Counted from the first letter of the stretch, positions 10,930 to 22,269 are shown. The stretch is 64,000 nt of DNA from an uncultured Phycisphaerales bacterium (GCA_963755915.1 CAVWLP010000002.1:4512001-4576000), one strand, 5' to 3'. Notes: generated by a model from the letters alone, not told the origin. A program made the numbers and translations.

Positions 10930-12081
10930 TTGGCAGTGCGAATTCTGGGATCGCTGGTCGGCCTCGCGTTGATCGTGCTGGTTCTTCTCGATACGTTCGA
11001 GACGATTATCCAGCCGCGCCGGGTGACGCATCGCTTTCGTCTCGCTCGCTTCTATTACCGCACCTGCTGGGATCTGTGCTCGAAGATCGCCCTGATTGTC
11101 CCCGCCGGCAAACGGCGCGAAGCGTACCTTTCATTTTTCGGGCCTCTATCGGTTTTGGGGCTGTTTGTCATCTGGATCTGTGCGCTCATTTTCGGTTTTG
11201 CGGTGCTGGCCTGGTCGGTGCCGGAAAGAATCCAGACCGTCGATACCCACATCAATTTCTTCGACTACCTCTACATGAGCGGCACAACGATCTTCACGCT
11301 CGGTTACGGCGACGTCGTCCCGATCGACCATTTCGGGCGGACCCTTGCCGTCTGCGAATCGGGGCTGGGATTTGCGTTTCTGGCCATCGTCATCAGCTAT
11401 CTTCCAGGGATCAACCAAGCTTTCTCGCGCCGTGAAGTGACCATCTCGCTGCTGGACGCCCGCGCGGGATCGCCCCCCAGCGCTGCGCAACTGCTCAGCC
11501 GCGTCGGTAAGTCAGCGAGCATGCCGCAGCTCGATTCCTTCCTGGCCGAGTGGGAAGCGTGGTCGGCCGAGCTTCTGGAATCGCATCTTTCCTTTCCGAT
11601 CCTGACGTTTTTCCGGTCGCAGCATGACAACCAATCCTGGCTGGCCGCCATTACCTGCATGCTCGACACCTGCGCCGTGATGCTGGCCGAGCTGAAGGAT
11701 TGCAACGTGTACCGGGCGCAGCTCACGTTCGCGATGGCGCGGCATGCGGTGGTCGACCTGGCGCTGGTATTTCGTATCAGCCCCGCGGCGCCGGACGTGG
11801 ACCGGCTTCCGGAAGACAAATGCCGGCTGCTTCAACAGACCCTCCGCGACTCGGGCCTGGAGATTTACCCCGCCGGCGAAGCAGCGAAAAAAATCCGGGA
11901 GCTGCGGGCGATGTACGAGCCGTTCGTCAATGCGCTCGCCAAACGGTTCCTCCTGACCCTTCCGCCGTTCATTACGGATTCGGAACCGATCGATAATTGG
12001 CAGCGGAGCCCGGGCTTTCGTGCTCCCGGACTCGAAAAGCTCCCGACCATCGAAGGGGCGGAAGATCATTTTGGTGGTTGA
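10930..12081 (+). CDS. Potassium channel family protein (Ion_trans_2)
   Basis: Selectivity filter YMSGTTIFTLGYGDVVP flanked by TM helices. Confidence 0.85.
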   Translation: MAVRILGSLVGLALIVLVLLDTFETIIQPRRVTHRFRLARFYYRTCWDLCSKIALIVPAGKRREAYLSFFGPLSVLGLFVIWICALIFGFAVLAWSVPERIQTVDTHINFFDYLYMSGTTIFTLGYGDVVPIDHFGRTLAVCESGLGFAFLAIVISYLPGINQAFSRREVTISLLDARAGSPPSAAQLLSRVGKSASMPQLDSFLAEWEAWSAELLESHLSFPILTFFRSQHDNQSWLAAITCMLDTCAVMLAELKDCNVYRAQLTFAMARHAVVDLALVFRISPAAPDVDRLPEDKCRLLQQTLRDSGLEIYPAGEAAKKIRELRAMYEPFVNALAKRFLLTLPPFITDSEPIDNWQRSPGFRAPGLEKLPTIEGAEDHFGG

Positions 12082-12552
12082 ATGGGCAGGATAAGTGCAG
12101 GACTTTTGATGTATCGCATCCTGGGCGGAAAGCCGGAGGTGCTGCTGGTGCATCTCGGGGGGCCGTTTTGGAAGAAAAAAGAGGCCGGCGCGTGGGTGAT
12201 TCCGCGCGGGGAGATCGAGGAAGGGGAAGAGCCGCTGGCGGCGGCGAAGCGCGAGTTTAACGAGGAGACCGGATTCGAATCCACGGGGCCATATATTTCG
12301 CTTGGAGAAGCTCGCCAGAAATCGGGAAAGCAGATTTCCGTGTGGGCGTTTCGCGGCGATTGCGATCTGACGCGGCTTCGGAGCAATACGTTCGAGATCG
12401 AGTGGCCGCCGAGATCGGGGAAACGGCAGAAATTTCCGGAAGTGGACAGGGTGGCTTTTTTTTCTGTGGAGGACGCGACGAAGAAGATCATGGCGGCTGA
12501 ATTGGTGTTCCTGGAAAAGTTGGGCGGGCTGGACATTGAATACAAAACTTGA
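12082..12552 (+). CDS. NUDIX hydrolase
   Basis: PRGEIEEGEEPLAAAKREFNEETG Nudix box; FEIEWPPRSG. Confidence 0.9.
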   Translation: MGRISAGLLMYRILGGKPEVLLVHLGGPFWKKKEAGAWVIPRGEIEEGEEPLAAAKREFNEETGFESTGPYISLGEARQKSGKQISVWAFRGDCDLTRLRSNTFEIEWPPRSGKRQKFPEVDRVAFFSVEDATKKIMAAELVFLEKLGGLDIEYKT

Positions 12553-12659
12553 CAGTCCGCAACACAATGGGGGAGATGGGTAAGATGGGATAGTGAAAAT
12601 CAGGGTTTTGGGATCGCGATTATGATGTTGATCTCGCCAAAGGAATTTCAGGAGGCCGC

Positions 12660-13241
12660 ATGTCCGACTATCCGCCGCCGATGCCCGATCCTTTGCACTA
12701 CTACGCTCCAGTGCCGCCAGTTCGGCCGCGACCGCTGTCGGTGTCGGTCATTGCGTGGATCGCGATCGTGCTTGCGGGACTGGGGGTGCTGGGCGGAATT
12801 TGCGGCATTGTCCAGCGCCTATTTCTGCCGAACCTGAATCAATCGAGTCCGATCACCCAGGTACTTCAAGGCTCCGGAACAATCGCAACATTTCTTCTCG
12901 TCGGTCAGATCATCGGCTGGCTGGTGGATATCGTGCTGCTTTTCACCGGCATCGCATGCCTGAAACTCAAGGGCTGGGGGCGTCGATGGATGATTTACAT
13001 CATGGTTTTCCAACTCTTCACGCTTGTGGTGGGAAATGCTTTTAACTGGGTTATGGTGCGCCCGGTGATGCACCGGCTTGCGCAGCAATACGCGAAGGAT
13101 CCTTCGGTGCAAATGGGACTGCGGTTCGCGCAGATTGCTCAGATCGTCGGCCTGTTCATCGGCACTGCCGGCCCGCTGATTGTTCTCTATTTCTTCACGC
13201 GTCCGCACGTCAAAGCCGCCTTTGCGCCGACGGTGCCCTGA
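12660..13241 (+). CDS. Hypothetical 4-TM membrane protein
   Basis: RBS GGAGG; four hydrophobic segments; RPLSV...FTRPHVKAAF ends. Confidence 0.75.
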   Translation: MSDYPPPMPDPLHYYAPVPPVRPRPLSVSVIAWIAIVLAGLGVLGGICGIVQRLFLPNLNQSSPITQVLQGSGTIATFLLVGQIIGWLVDIVLLFTGIACLKLKGWGRRWMIYIMVFQLFTLVVGNAFNWVMVRPVMHRLAQQYAKDPSVQMGLRFAQIAQIVGLFIGTAGPLIVLYFFTRPHVKAAFAPTVP

Positions 13242-13279
13242 ATTAGGCAAAACATCAAATACGCAGAGCCGGCCCGCAA

Positions 13280-14388
13280 TCACGATTCAACAAGCGCATG
13301 AACATCGTCTGACCCATGTATCCCCTCGCACCGCACGCCGATGATCAGCGGCAATTCAATGGTAAACGTGGCTCCGGTTCCTTCACCGCCGCTTTGAGCG
13401 CGGATCGTTCCACCGTGCAAGCGCACCAGTTCCTGAGCAATTGAAAGGCCCAATCCAAGGCCGTCCCGGCCGCGAGCGGGGCCGGCTTGGGCCTGCCAAA
13501 AATCCTCGAACACATGAGGAAGGTCGGCGGCGGCGATACCACGACCGGTATCCTGGATCTGGATTTGAGCGGAGGAGTTTTCGTAGGTCAGGCGAATGAG
13601 GATTTTGCCACCGTCGGGGGTGAATTTGATTGAGTTGGCGAGAAGGTTGGCGACGACCTGGCGCAGGCGGCGAAGTCGGCATCGACGCGTGCGGCTGGAG
13701 AGGCGAGAGATACCTCGAGCTGGAGCCCATTCGCGGCGGCCTGGGGGCGAAGCGCGTTGATCGCGGCGCGGACGGGCTCGCTGAGGTCCAGTGGCCGCTT
13801 CTCCACGCGCAGCTTCCCGCGGGCGATGCGGGAAACGTCGAGCAGGTCTTCGATGATGTGGCGGATGGCGTCGGTATTGCTGCGAATGATTTCGATTCCT
13901 TCGCGCATGAACTGCGGCGCGTCATTCTGCCGGGCCGTGTCCAGCCAAAATGTGATCGCGCACAGTGGCGTTCGCAGCTCGTGGGAGGTTGCTGCGAGGA
14001 AGCGGTCTTTGATCTGGTTGGCTTGTTCGGCGTCGAGGCGCGCCTGGCGCTCAGCCGCGAGAAGCCGCTCGCGCTGCGACGTAAGAAAGCTTGTGACGAG
14101 AGCGACGGTGAGGAAGACGGCGAGCCTGACGAGGACCGTCCAGCTCAGCGTCCAGGCATATCGGGGCGCGAGGAAGAAGAAATCGTCGGCGGCGACGGCG
14201 AGCACGGTGGCGAGCAATCCCGCGCCCCATCCGCCCAGCCACGAGGCGATTAGAACCGCGGCGAAGAGCAATGGCGCCGCGGAGGGCTCGACCTTTCGGG
14301 TCAAGGCGAGGTTTGCACAGACGGCCGCGAAAATCAGCGACACGGTTCCGGCATATTTTCGAAAGCGAGAGGTCCATCCCTGTCTCAT
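13280..14388 (-). CDS. Sensor histidine kinase, DUF4118 + HisKA + HATPase (frameshifted)
   Basis: FLAATSHELRTPL, DLLDVSRIARGK, GLGLGLSIAQELVRLHGG across frames. Confidence 0.88.
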
Positions 14389-14531
14389 CGCGATGCTTTC
14401 TTCCCGTTGCTTCGGTTCCTGTCGCGCGTGGTTCCGAATCTCAGAAGAAGGGGACCGCGAATCGAACTCTGGGAACAACCGGCTCCTTACCTTCCGATCG
14501 CGGCCCCTTTTCACCCACACCTTCATCGTTG

Positions 14532-15452
14532 CTACAGCCAGTTCCAGAACTTCCACCAGTGAGACGATGAGCCTGAAGCGGAGACCGGCTTAACAGTGGC
14601 GGGCGTCGCGGCCGAACTTGAAACCGACGCGGTCGGCTTGACCACGGCGGAGGAAGTTTTTGCGTTGGCCTGCTCGTGATGAGCGGGAGCGATGTCCATC
14701 ACTGCCAGGAGCACGCGATGCGAAACTCGCCGGCAGGCGTCGGTTTCGTTTGCGGGCAAAGTGGCGAAGTGGTTGTTGAGGGCAGTGAATTCTCTGAGGA
14801 GATTCGCGCGGAGCCTCGTTGCGGTGAGGGTTTGGGGTGCGTAGATCCTCCAGTGGGACCCCTCGTAAACGAAGGGGACTTCAGCGGCAGGCAGACCGTT
14901 GTTGGCCCTGATCTGGGCGAGGGCAATCGCCTGATCCCGGCTCAATGAATCCATTTCCGAGGAGTTTGCACCGGCGGCCTTGAGGACCTTGTCGGCGAGC
15001 TCGGAATCGGCGGCGGGAGCGCCCTCGGTAATGGTCAGAAAGGAGCTGGTGAAGGTTTCAGCGGCGTCGGAGACGGCGAATTCCTGGCCGTACTTTTCGT
15101 TCCAGGCCTTGGCAATATCATCGATCTGCGCGTCGAGCTTGGCGCCGTAGCCCTGGGAATAGGTATCGGATTTCATAATCCGCCCCTGGCCGGGCTGAGC
15201 GAAAAGGGCGGCAAGCTTGGACATGTCGTTGGTCTGGAGCGCGTCTTCGGTAAGCCGGCCCACTACTTTGCGGATGCCGACTTCCGAGGGCATCTCGGCG
15301 GCAACCTGGTGAGCGGTGCTTTGCGCGTCGGCTGCGAGCTGCGCCGAGGGCGGCGCGGCGGTCGAAGTGGCGGCCTGAAGCGTCGGGCAGGCCGCAGCGA
15401 AAGTGAGACCGCTCACGGCGGCGGCGGCCAAAATGATGGAAACTGGTTTCAT
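14532..15452 (-). CDS. Hypothetical secreted protein
   Basis: Signal-peptide-like N-terminus, AAGGGAG RBS, Ser/Ala/Thr linker, WWKFWNWL tail. Confidence 0.75.
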   Translation of the reverse strand: MKPVSIILAAAAVSGLTFAAACPTLQAATSTAAPPSAQLAADAQSTAHQVAAEMPSEVGIRKVVGRLTEDALQTNDMSKLAALFAQPGQGRIMKSDTYSQGYGAKLDAQIDDIAKAWNEKYGQEFAVSDAAETFTSSFLTITEGAPAADSELADKVLKAAGANSSEMDSLSRDQAIALAQIRANNGLPAAEVPFVYEGSHWRIYAPQTLTATRLRANLLREFTALNNHFATLPANETDACRRVSHRVLLAVMDIAPAHHEQANAKTSSAVVKPTASVSSSAATPATVKPVSASGSSSHWWKFWNWL

Positions 15453-15756
15453 AAAACTCCCTTCGTAGATAGAGAAACACCATGCCCGGGCGGTTCGACA
15501 CGCGCGAACCTGCCAGGGTGACGAGGATTATGGGAACCGGATTCCGGGGACATTGCGGTGCCGCAAAATCCGGCATGCCTCATCGCTGCATGATGTGCAT
15601 CCCCTCTGAACGAACCCTCATGCGCAGGTACGACTGAGGTTGCTATTGAAAGAGCAATTAATTGTGGGTGCGACAAAGCGCCACATCTGGAAAAAAAGTG
15701 GACCGCAGCAAATGGATTCATTCCTGGTTTGTGAATCAGCCGGCCCCGGGATTGAT

Positions 15757-16263
15757 CTATTTCTGCCCGGTGCGCCCCGATTGCGGCACAATTGTGAGCC
15801 ACTTCATTGCGGGATTTTTGCTGGGAACCAGCACAATCGGGCAGCTCGCGGTGTGAATGATCCTGAAGGGCGCGCTGCCAAACATTGCCTCGAAAAGGCG
15901 GCCGTGCTGATGGGTGCCCATGACGATGAGGGCGGGCTTGATTCGCTTCACTTCCCGCACCATTTTGGCAGCGGGCCTTCCGCGAATGGAATAGCTGCGC
16001 ACGATCAGTCCGCGCGTCTTCACGCCGAGCCTAGTGCTGGCCCTGGCGAGAAACTCCATTTCCTGCTTGTAAAGATGCATCTCGGCGGCGACGGCCGTGC
16101 GTGAATTGTCGCTGCGGAGTCTGCCGTCTTCGGCTTCGGCAGCGGGAGAGGATATGTGCATCAAAACCAGGTTCATTCCGAAAGCGCGGGCCATGTCACG
16201 CGCGATCTGCACGACGGTCTCGGTCGCCTCGGAAAAATCGATAAACGCCAGCACAGTTGCCAT
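15757..16263 (-). CDS. Universal stress protein
   Basis: VLAFIDFSEAT, LIVMGTHQHG...FGS, CPIVLVP. Confidence 0.85.
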   Translation of the reverse strand: MATVLAFIDFSEATETVVQIARDMARAFGMNLVLMHISSPAAEAEDGRLRSDNSRTAVAAEMHLYKQEMEFLARASTRLGVKTRGLIVRSYSIRGRPAAKMVREVKRIKPALIVMGTHQHGRLFEAMFGSAPFRIIHTASCPIVLVPSKNPAMKWLTIVPQSGRTGQK

Positions 16264-16522
16264 AGAAGTGCCTCGTAATTCCGCAGGTGCGCGCAACTTC
16301 GAATTATATGCCTGCGGTGAGAACAAAGCTCGCCCGCACGCTGGCAGAATCCGCTTGCCCCTCACCCGCTGGCGTACCCGCCCGCGCGGCGTTCGAAAAC
16401 TTCAATTTTTTATACCGCAACTTCGAGCCCCTTCCGAGCATGCCCTTTGCGGAAAAAAAAGAATCTACAGCACAAGAACAAATGGGATGACAAGTGTTGT
16501 TTCGGATTCAAAGGAGCTCAAC

Positions 16523-18029
16523 ATGTCAAATTCCAAAAAGTCTTTATCGATCGTAGCAGCGGCCGCGGCAATCGCCGGCGCAGTCGTCTTCGGCCCCGGA
16601 GTCTGGCGCGAGGCCCAATATGTGAGGGCGGATGAAAGCGTGAACGCCGTGCGCCAGGCACTCGCCGGCATCGACGATCAATCGGCGCTGTATCGCGCCA
16701 TCGACCGGGATGTCGAACCTTCGGTAGTCGAGATACGCGTTACAAAGAGTATGGCCCATGAGATGACGCCGCTTCCGCCGGATTTCCAGAAATTCTTTCA
16801 TGACTTCGGCGGCGGCAACCAGTTTCCGCCGGAATTTTTTAATGGCGGAGGCTCCGTTCGCGAGGTCGGGATGGGCAGCGGGGTCATCATGGATGCGTCG
16901 GACGGCTACGGTTACATCCTGACGAACAACCATGTCGCCGGGGGGGCAAGCCAAATGACGGTGACTCTCTCCGATGGCCGCGTCATTCAAAACGCGCAGC
17001 TTGTCGGTGCTGATCCACGGACCGATCTGGCGGTCGTCAAGATCAAAGCCGACGATCTCATCCCGGCGAAATGGGGGGATACGCCGGCCTGGAGCCGGGC
17101 GACCAGATCATGGCGTTTGGGAGCCCCTTTGGATACGTGGGATCGATGACGCACGGGATCGTCAGCGCGCTGCATCGGCAGGCCGGCATTCTGGTGCCGA
17201 CGGATATGAGAATTTCATCCAGGTGGACGCGCCGATCGATCCGGGCAACAGCGGGGGACCGCTGGTTAATCTGAAAGGAGAGGTTGTCGGCATCAATACG
17301 GCCATCGCCACTTCCAACGGTGGATTTCAGGGAATCGGTTTTGCCATTCCATCCGAAGAGGCGAGGCCCATCTACGAGCAACTGAAATCGTCCGGAAAGG
17401 TTGTCCGCGGCTGGCTCGGTGTCTCCATCGAGAACGTCGCCCAGGCAAGAGACGAAGCGGCCAGCGAGGGGTACAAGGCGGATACAGGGGTTCTCATTCA
17501 CACGGTTCTGCATGACAGCCCGGCATCGTCCAAATTGGCGCCGGGCGACATTGTGACGAGTCTGGACGGAAAACCTGTCGCGAACATGAGCGAGCTGCGC
17601 GACGAAGTCGCCTGGTCGACGCCGGGGACCGAGGTGACGCTCGGCGTCTTCCATGACGGCAAAACGGAGGACGTGAAGATCAGGCTGGGCCAGCAGCCGA
17701 CGGGGAACGAAGTCGCCAGCGCTTCGCCGGGGCAATCGAACGCTGACCTGGGTCTGCAACTGGAGAACCTCAACGCCTCCCAGGCCCAGGAATATGGGTT
17801 GCAGGAAAAATCCGGCGCCGTGGTGGCCGACGTAGACCCGAATTCTCTCGCGGCACAGGCCGGGGTGCATCAAGGGGATGTGATCACCGAGATCAACGGC
17901 AGGAAAATTTCCGATGCGCGGCAGGCCGACGCGGCGCTCGCCAAAGCGGATCTTAAAAACGGCGTGCGTATGCAGGTCACGAACGACCAGGGTTCAGAGC
18001 TCCTTTTTCTGAAGTCGAACCTTGGTTAA
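16523..18029 (+). CDS. Do/DegQ (HtrA) serine protease with two PDZ domains (frameshifts near 17080 and 17190)
   Basis: [41 protein letters not shown]. Confidence 0.92.
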
Positions 18030-18077
18030 GATCGGAGGCAGCTCCTTGCTCGAACACCCTGGAGCTGTGACTTTCGG

Positions 18078-18119
18078 AAAGGCGGCCGCCAGGGAAGTAA
18101 AAGGCGGCCGCCTTTTTTT
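18078..18119 (+). terminator. Rho-independent terminator
   Basis: GGCGGCCGCC-N12-GGCGGCCGCC stem followed by T7, downstream of the htrA gene. Confidence 0.8.
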
Positions 18120-18232
18120 GTTCAACTCATCAGGGGCGTCCTCTCGGTTCCAGAACTCCCGGCCGAGATTTCGTCGCAGCGATAAATCCTTTCTGTTATA
18201 TTGATTCGCAAATGAAAAAAGGAAGGTGCCAG

Positions 18233-19276
18233 ATGGACATGCAACAGAGACTGATAGACGGGATAAAGCAAATACGGCTTGGGACTCATTGTCTGCACGC
18301 CGCCGATGAGAGCGGCGGGAACATCGGAAAAAAGTTTCAACAGCTCGGCGTCGCTGACACGCCGGAGAATCGCATCGCCTATCGCGGCGCGATGATTACC
18401 ACACGTGGATACGGCGACGTCATCGGGGGTGTCATCCTCTTCGACGAGACGTTTCGCCAGAGCTACGAAGGTAAAACCGTCATCGATATTCTGAAACAGC
18501 AGGGGGTGGTCATCGGCGTCAAGGTGGATTCTGGTTTGGAGGCCTTTGGCAGTTCGAAGGTCGAACAGGTCGGGAAAAATGAGTTGGCCGCCCTTTCTAA
18601 GCGGATGGAAGAATACGCTGCGAAGGACGTGCGGTTCACCAAATTCAGGGTTGTCGGCAACATCGGCCGGGAGAACGGGAAAGACCTGCCCAGCGATGAA
18701 TGCCTGGCGGCCAATGCCGAGCTGCTGGCGGGGTATGCGGAGATCAACCACAAGTTCGGCGTGGTGCCGATCGTCGAGCCGGAGGTGCCGATGGATGGGG
18801 CCCACTCTTTAGAGCAATCCCGGCAGGCGACCGAGCGTTTTGTGAAAGCGACTTTTGCAGCTCTGCAGCGGCGGAAGATTTTTTTGCCGGGCGTTATCCT
18901 GAAAACCAACATGGTTCTTCCCGGCGTTGAGGGCCCGAAGGCTGCCGAGGCGGAGAGCGTCAAGCAGACGATCGCGATGCTTCAGGCGGCGGTGCCTGCG
19001 AATCTCGGGGCGATGGTGTTTCTGTCCGGCGGTCAGGCGACCGAAGATGGGATGAGGCGATTGGAAGCGATGCGCAACGCGGCGAACCAGGCGCGATTGC
19101 CGTACGCGGTGAGTTCTTCGTTCAGCCGCGCCTTACAGGGTCCCGCGCTGGACGAATTTGGCGCTGCCGTGCGTGATCGGGCATCCGCGGCAGAGATCAA
19201 AAGGCGCACGCAGGCGAAATTTGCCGAGACCTTGTCGCTGAACAAGATCGCGCTGGATAAGTCGGTACGGCGATAA
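18233..19276 (+). CDS. Class I fructose-bisphosphate aldolase
   Basis: AADES, GVILFDETF, GVKVDSG, VPIVEPEV, ILKTNMV (Schiff-base Lys), FLSGGQ, SFSRALQ. Confidence 0.93.
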   Translation: MDMQQRLIDGIKQIRLGTHCLHAADESGGNIGKKFQQLGVADTPENRIAYRGAMITTRGYGDVIGGVILFDETFRQSYEGKTVIDILKQQGVVIGVKVDSGLEAFGSSKVEQVGKNELAALSKRMEEYAAKDVRFTKFRVVGNIGRENGKDLPSDECLAANAELLAGYAEINHKFGVVPIVEPEVPMDGAHSLEQSRQATERFVKATFAALQRRKIFLPGVILKTNMVLPGVEGPKAAEAESVKQTIAMLQAAVPANLGAMVFLSGGQATEDGMRRLEAMRNAANQARLPYAVSSSFSRALQGPALDEFGAAVRDRASAAEIKRRTQAKFAETLSLNKIALDKSVRR

Positions 19277-19294
19277 GATTCGAAATACATTTTT

Positions 19295-19397
19295 GCCATA
19301 GATCTAAAGGCAGATGCACACGGATAAAGGGAATTGCTCTTTATCCGTGTGCATCTGATTTTTAATCTGACTTCGGCGAGCTCAGTCGAGGCGTGGC
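19295..19397. repeat. REP-like palindrome, family B, with a nested 24-nt insert
   Basis: Perfect 19-bp inverted repeat CAGATGCACACGGATAAAG / CTTTATCCGTGTGCATCTG. Outer arms GCCATAGAT / ATCTG^TGGC. Confidence 0.85.
19370..19393. mobile_element. 24-nt mini-element, copy 1
   Basis: ACTTCGGCGAGCTCAGTCGAGGCG, 23/24 identical to 52175-52198; interrupts a palindrome arm. Confidence 0.65.
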
Positions 19398-19424
19398 CAA
19401 TACTCTTCTGTCCGTGCTGCGCTT

Positions 19425-20338
19425 TTATTTTGCGGCGTTGCGGCGGCGGAGGAGAAGGCCCGCGGCGCCGATCGCCAGGACGGAGAAGGAAACCGGCTCC
19501 GGGACCGCGAGGACGACATTGGGCCGGCGGCGTAATCGGCGGCGATGTCGCTGGCGCTCTCCGCGTTATTGTAAATCCGGAACTCGTCGATGCTTCCGGA
19601 GGTGGCATTGTCGCCGGAGAAGGCGGAACGGCCGAGATAGGCGTTGGTGAAAGCGAAGTCGCTGAGCGGGTCGCCGGCGACGACGCTTTGGAGCCCGCCG
19701 GCACCGGCGGTTTCGTCGTAAAGGTAATAGCTGAGGTTACCGGAGCTATCGATGGTAACCGCGGAGAAGCAGGTATCTCCGTTGTCGAGATAGCCGCCGC
19801 CGAACGCGCCAATATTGGGGGTGGTGCTGAAGGCGTCGATTTCGGGGCCGGGGTTGTAGCCGTGGAGTCCCTGGACGATGTGGTTTCCACCGGTGTTATT
19901 TCCAGCTCCGGGCGTGCCTGCGGGTTGGGGAGCGGAAATGGTGTCCATCATGTATTCGCCGGCGACGGGTGGGTTGGCATCCGTAGCGTTGGAGAAGGAC
20001 CAGGCCTCGGTGTAGAAGCCGGAGCCGGTAAATGTGAACCACGTTTCGATGGTGACGGCGCCGCTGGTCGGCAGGATGCTGACGGGTAGGGAGAGATAAC
20101 CGCTTAGGTCGGTTTGTCCGGAAGTGTTTCCGGTGAAGTTGGGGTTGTTCAACTGGAGCTGCCCGCCAGAGACGGTCGCCGAGTTCATTAGCGTGCCGTT
20201 GGCGCCGCCGATGGAATCGGTGGCACCGTTGGTGAAGCTGTATTCATGGGTGAGATCCGCGTGAACCGGAGTGGCCGCGCAGAGCCCGACAAGCAAAAGG
20301 CCGCAACTGATTCCTCCCCGACGCATGTTCATTTTCAT
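19425..20338 (-). CDS. LamG/concanavalin-like PEP-CTERM exported protein (frameshift near 19520)
   Basis: Signal peptide; LTHEYSF...DSIGGANGTL; GSIDEFRIYN; C-terminal VPEPVSFSVLAIGAAGLLLRRR in the shifted frame. Confidence 0.85.
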
Positions 20339-20633
20339 CTCTTCCTCCAAAGGTTCCAACCGATCCGACTTACTTTCGACGTGAAAGAAACCCATTATGT
20401 CGTGAAGTGCGACAATGTCAACGAAATTCTTAAGGTTTTCTTTAGGTGTGAAAGAAAGTGTGGTTTTTGGTTTAAATTGGGAGGTATCGGCAAGACACGA
20501 AAAGCCCCGCCGGGGCAGGTTTGGTCTGGATAGTGTGATTGTGGAAAAAAGATTGAAACCGCGGATTTCGCGGATGGCGCGGATAAGAAATAGATTTTGT
20601 GCTCGTTGCGCCGTGGGCGTTTGCGAAAGGGAG

Positions 20634-22269
20634 CTAGTCCTTGATGGGTCGATCGGAGTTGCCCGTGAGATCCCGGACCGTCGCGAAAATCGCCGGGAGG
20701 GGGGATTTCAGGGGTGGGGGCGGGGGGAAACCCTCCCAGCCGCCGCCGAGGCTTTGGCAGACGTCGATGAAATTGGAGACCGCCTGATCTTCGCTCATCG
20801 CCTGCTGGTCTTCGAGGCTATAGAGCGCGCGCTCGGCATCGAGGACGTTGAGATAATCGATGATCCCGCGATCGTAACGCTCGCTGGCGAGGCGATAGGA
20901 ACGCTGGGCATCGATGACTGCGCCGTCGAGACTCTGGAGCCTTCGCCGCTGGGCGTCGTAGCTGGTAAGCGAGTTATCGACTTCACCGATGGCGCTCAGC
21001 ATGACTTTTCGGAAGTTCGCGACCTGGGCGCGCGTGGCCTGGTTCTCGGCTTGGATTTGGGCATCGACGGTTCCGAAATCGAGGATCGGCCAGACGAAAT
21101 CCGGGGCGGCTTCCCAGATGCCGCGGAAGGAGATCGGCAATCGCCCGAACCCCTGGCTCTGGAACCCGCCCGAGGCGGTCAGGAAGACGCGCGGGTAGAG
21201 ATAAGAAGTCGCGACGCCGAGGCGCGCGTTGGCGGCGACGAGCTGCGCCTCGGCCTGGCGAATATCGGGCCGGCGGCGAAGAAGGTCGATCGGCAAGCCG
21301 GTATCCACTTCCTCAGGAGGCCGGGGAAGCGGCGCCGTCGCATCCAGCTCGAGCATCAGGGCGTCGGGGTCCATTCCCAAAAGCACCGCGAGGTTGCGCT
21401 TCGACATCAAAAGCTGCGCCTCCAGCGGAGGGAGCGCGGCTTCGGTTGTTTCTACTTCGCGGTCGGCCAGCGCGGAATCGAGCTCGTTGGTGATCCCGCG
21501 CTGATAGCGCTGAAGCTCCACATCTGCGGCATTGCGCTCGACGGAGATCGCCTGCTGGGCGATTGCCACGCGCATTTGGAGGGTGCGGATTTCGACGTAG
21601 CTTCGGGCGACATCGCCAAGGAGGGTCACGAGGACCTGGTTGCGCACTTCCGCGGCGGCGGCCGCGTCGGCGGCGAGGGCCTGCTGCTGGCGGCGAAGGT
21701 TGCCGAAGAGGTCGAGCTGGAAATCGGTATCGACGCCGAGGACCTGGGTGACTTCGCGCAGGCCGGTGGTGTTGACGGCGGCCGCGAGGGGGCCGTTCAC
21801 AAGACCGCCGCGGCTGATGTTGGAACTGGTTCCCCCCCGCCGACGCCGCTGAGGTCCAGATCGGGCAGCGATTGGCCGGTGAATTCAGCCAGAAGGCGCG
21901 AGACTGCTGGAGGCGGTCGATCGCGACCTGCATGTCGAGATTCCCGGCGACCGCACGATCCAGCAGCGAATCCAGCTCCGGATCGTGCAGGGCTTGCCAC
22001 CAGTGAGCGAGGTCGATCAGGGGGGCGGCTTGCGTGGAGACGACGGTCTTTGCGGGCGGCGCTTCTGAGGGGCGCGTCGAGGGCCAGGTGGTGAAATTCG
22101 CCGATATCTGCATGCGCGGCCGCTGGTAATTCGGGCCGGCGTTGCAGCCAGTGAGGGCAATCAAGGCGAGAATCGGCCCCCACAGCCCCCACCCTAACCC
22201 TCCCCCGGAGTACCAGGGGAGGGGATGAAGAGTTGGACCGGAGGTGGTGGAATATATTCGCGGATTCAT
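20634..22269 (-). CDS. RND efflux outer-membrane factor, NodT/OprM-like lipoprotein (frameshifted)
   Basis: LTGCNAGPNY lipobox, WWQALHDPELD, LLRRRPDIRQAE, SLGGGW. Confidence 0.9.
22186..22225. repeat. REP-like element, family D, inside the 5' coding region of the outer-membrane factor gene
   Basis: CCCCCACCCTAACCCTCCCCCGGAGTACCAGGGGAGGGG resembles the repeat arm at about 63256-63296. Confidence 0.75.

Noticed and set aside
15453-15756. Possible riboswitch upstream of the secreted protein gene
   Set aside because: I could not recognise any riboswitch consensus by eye; an Rfam scan would be needed.
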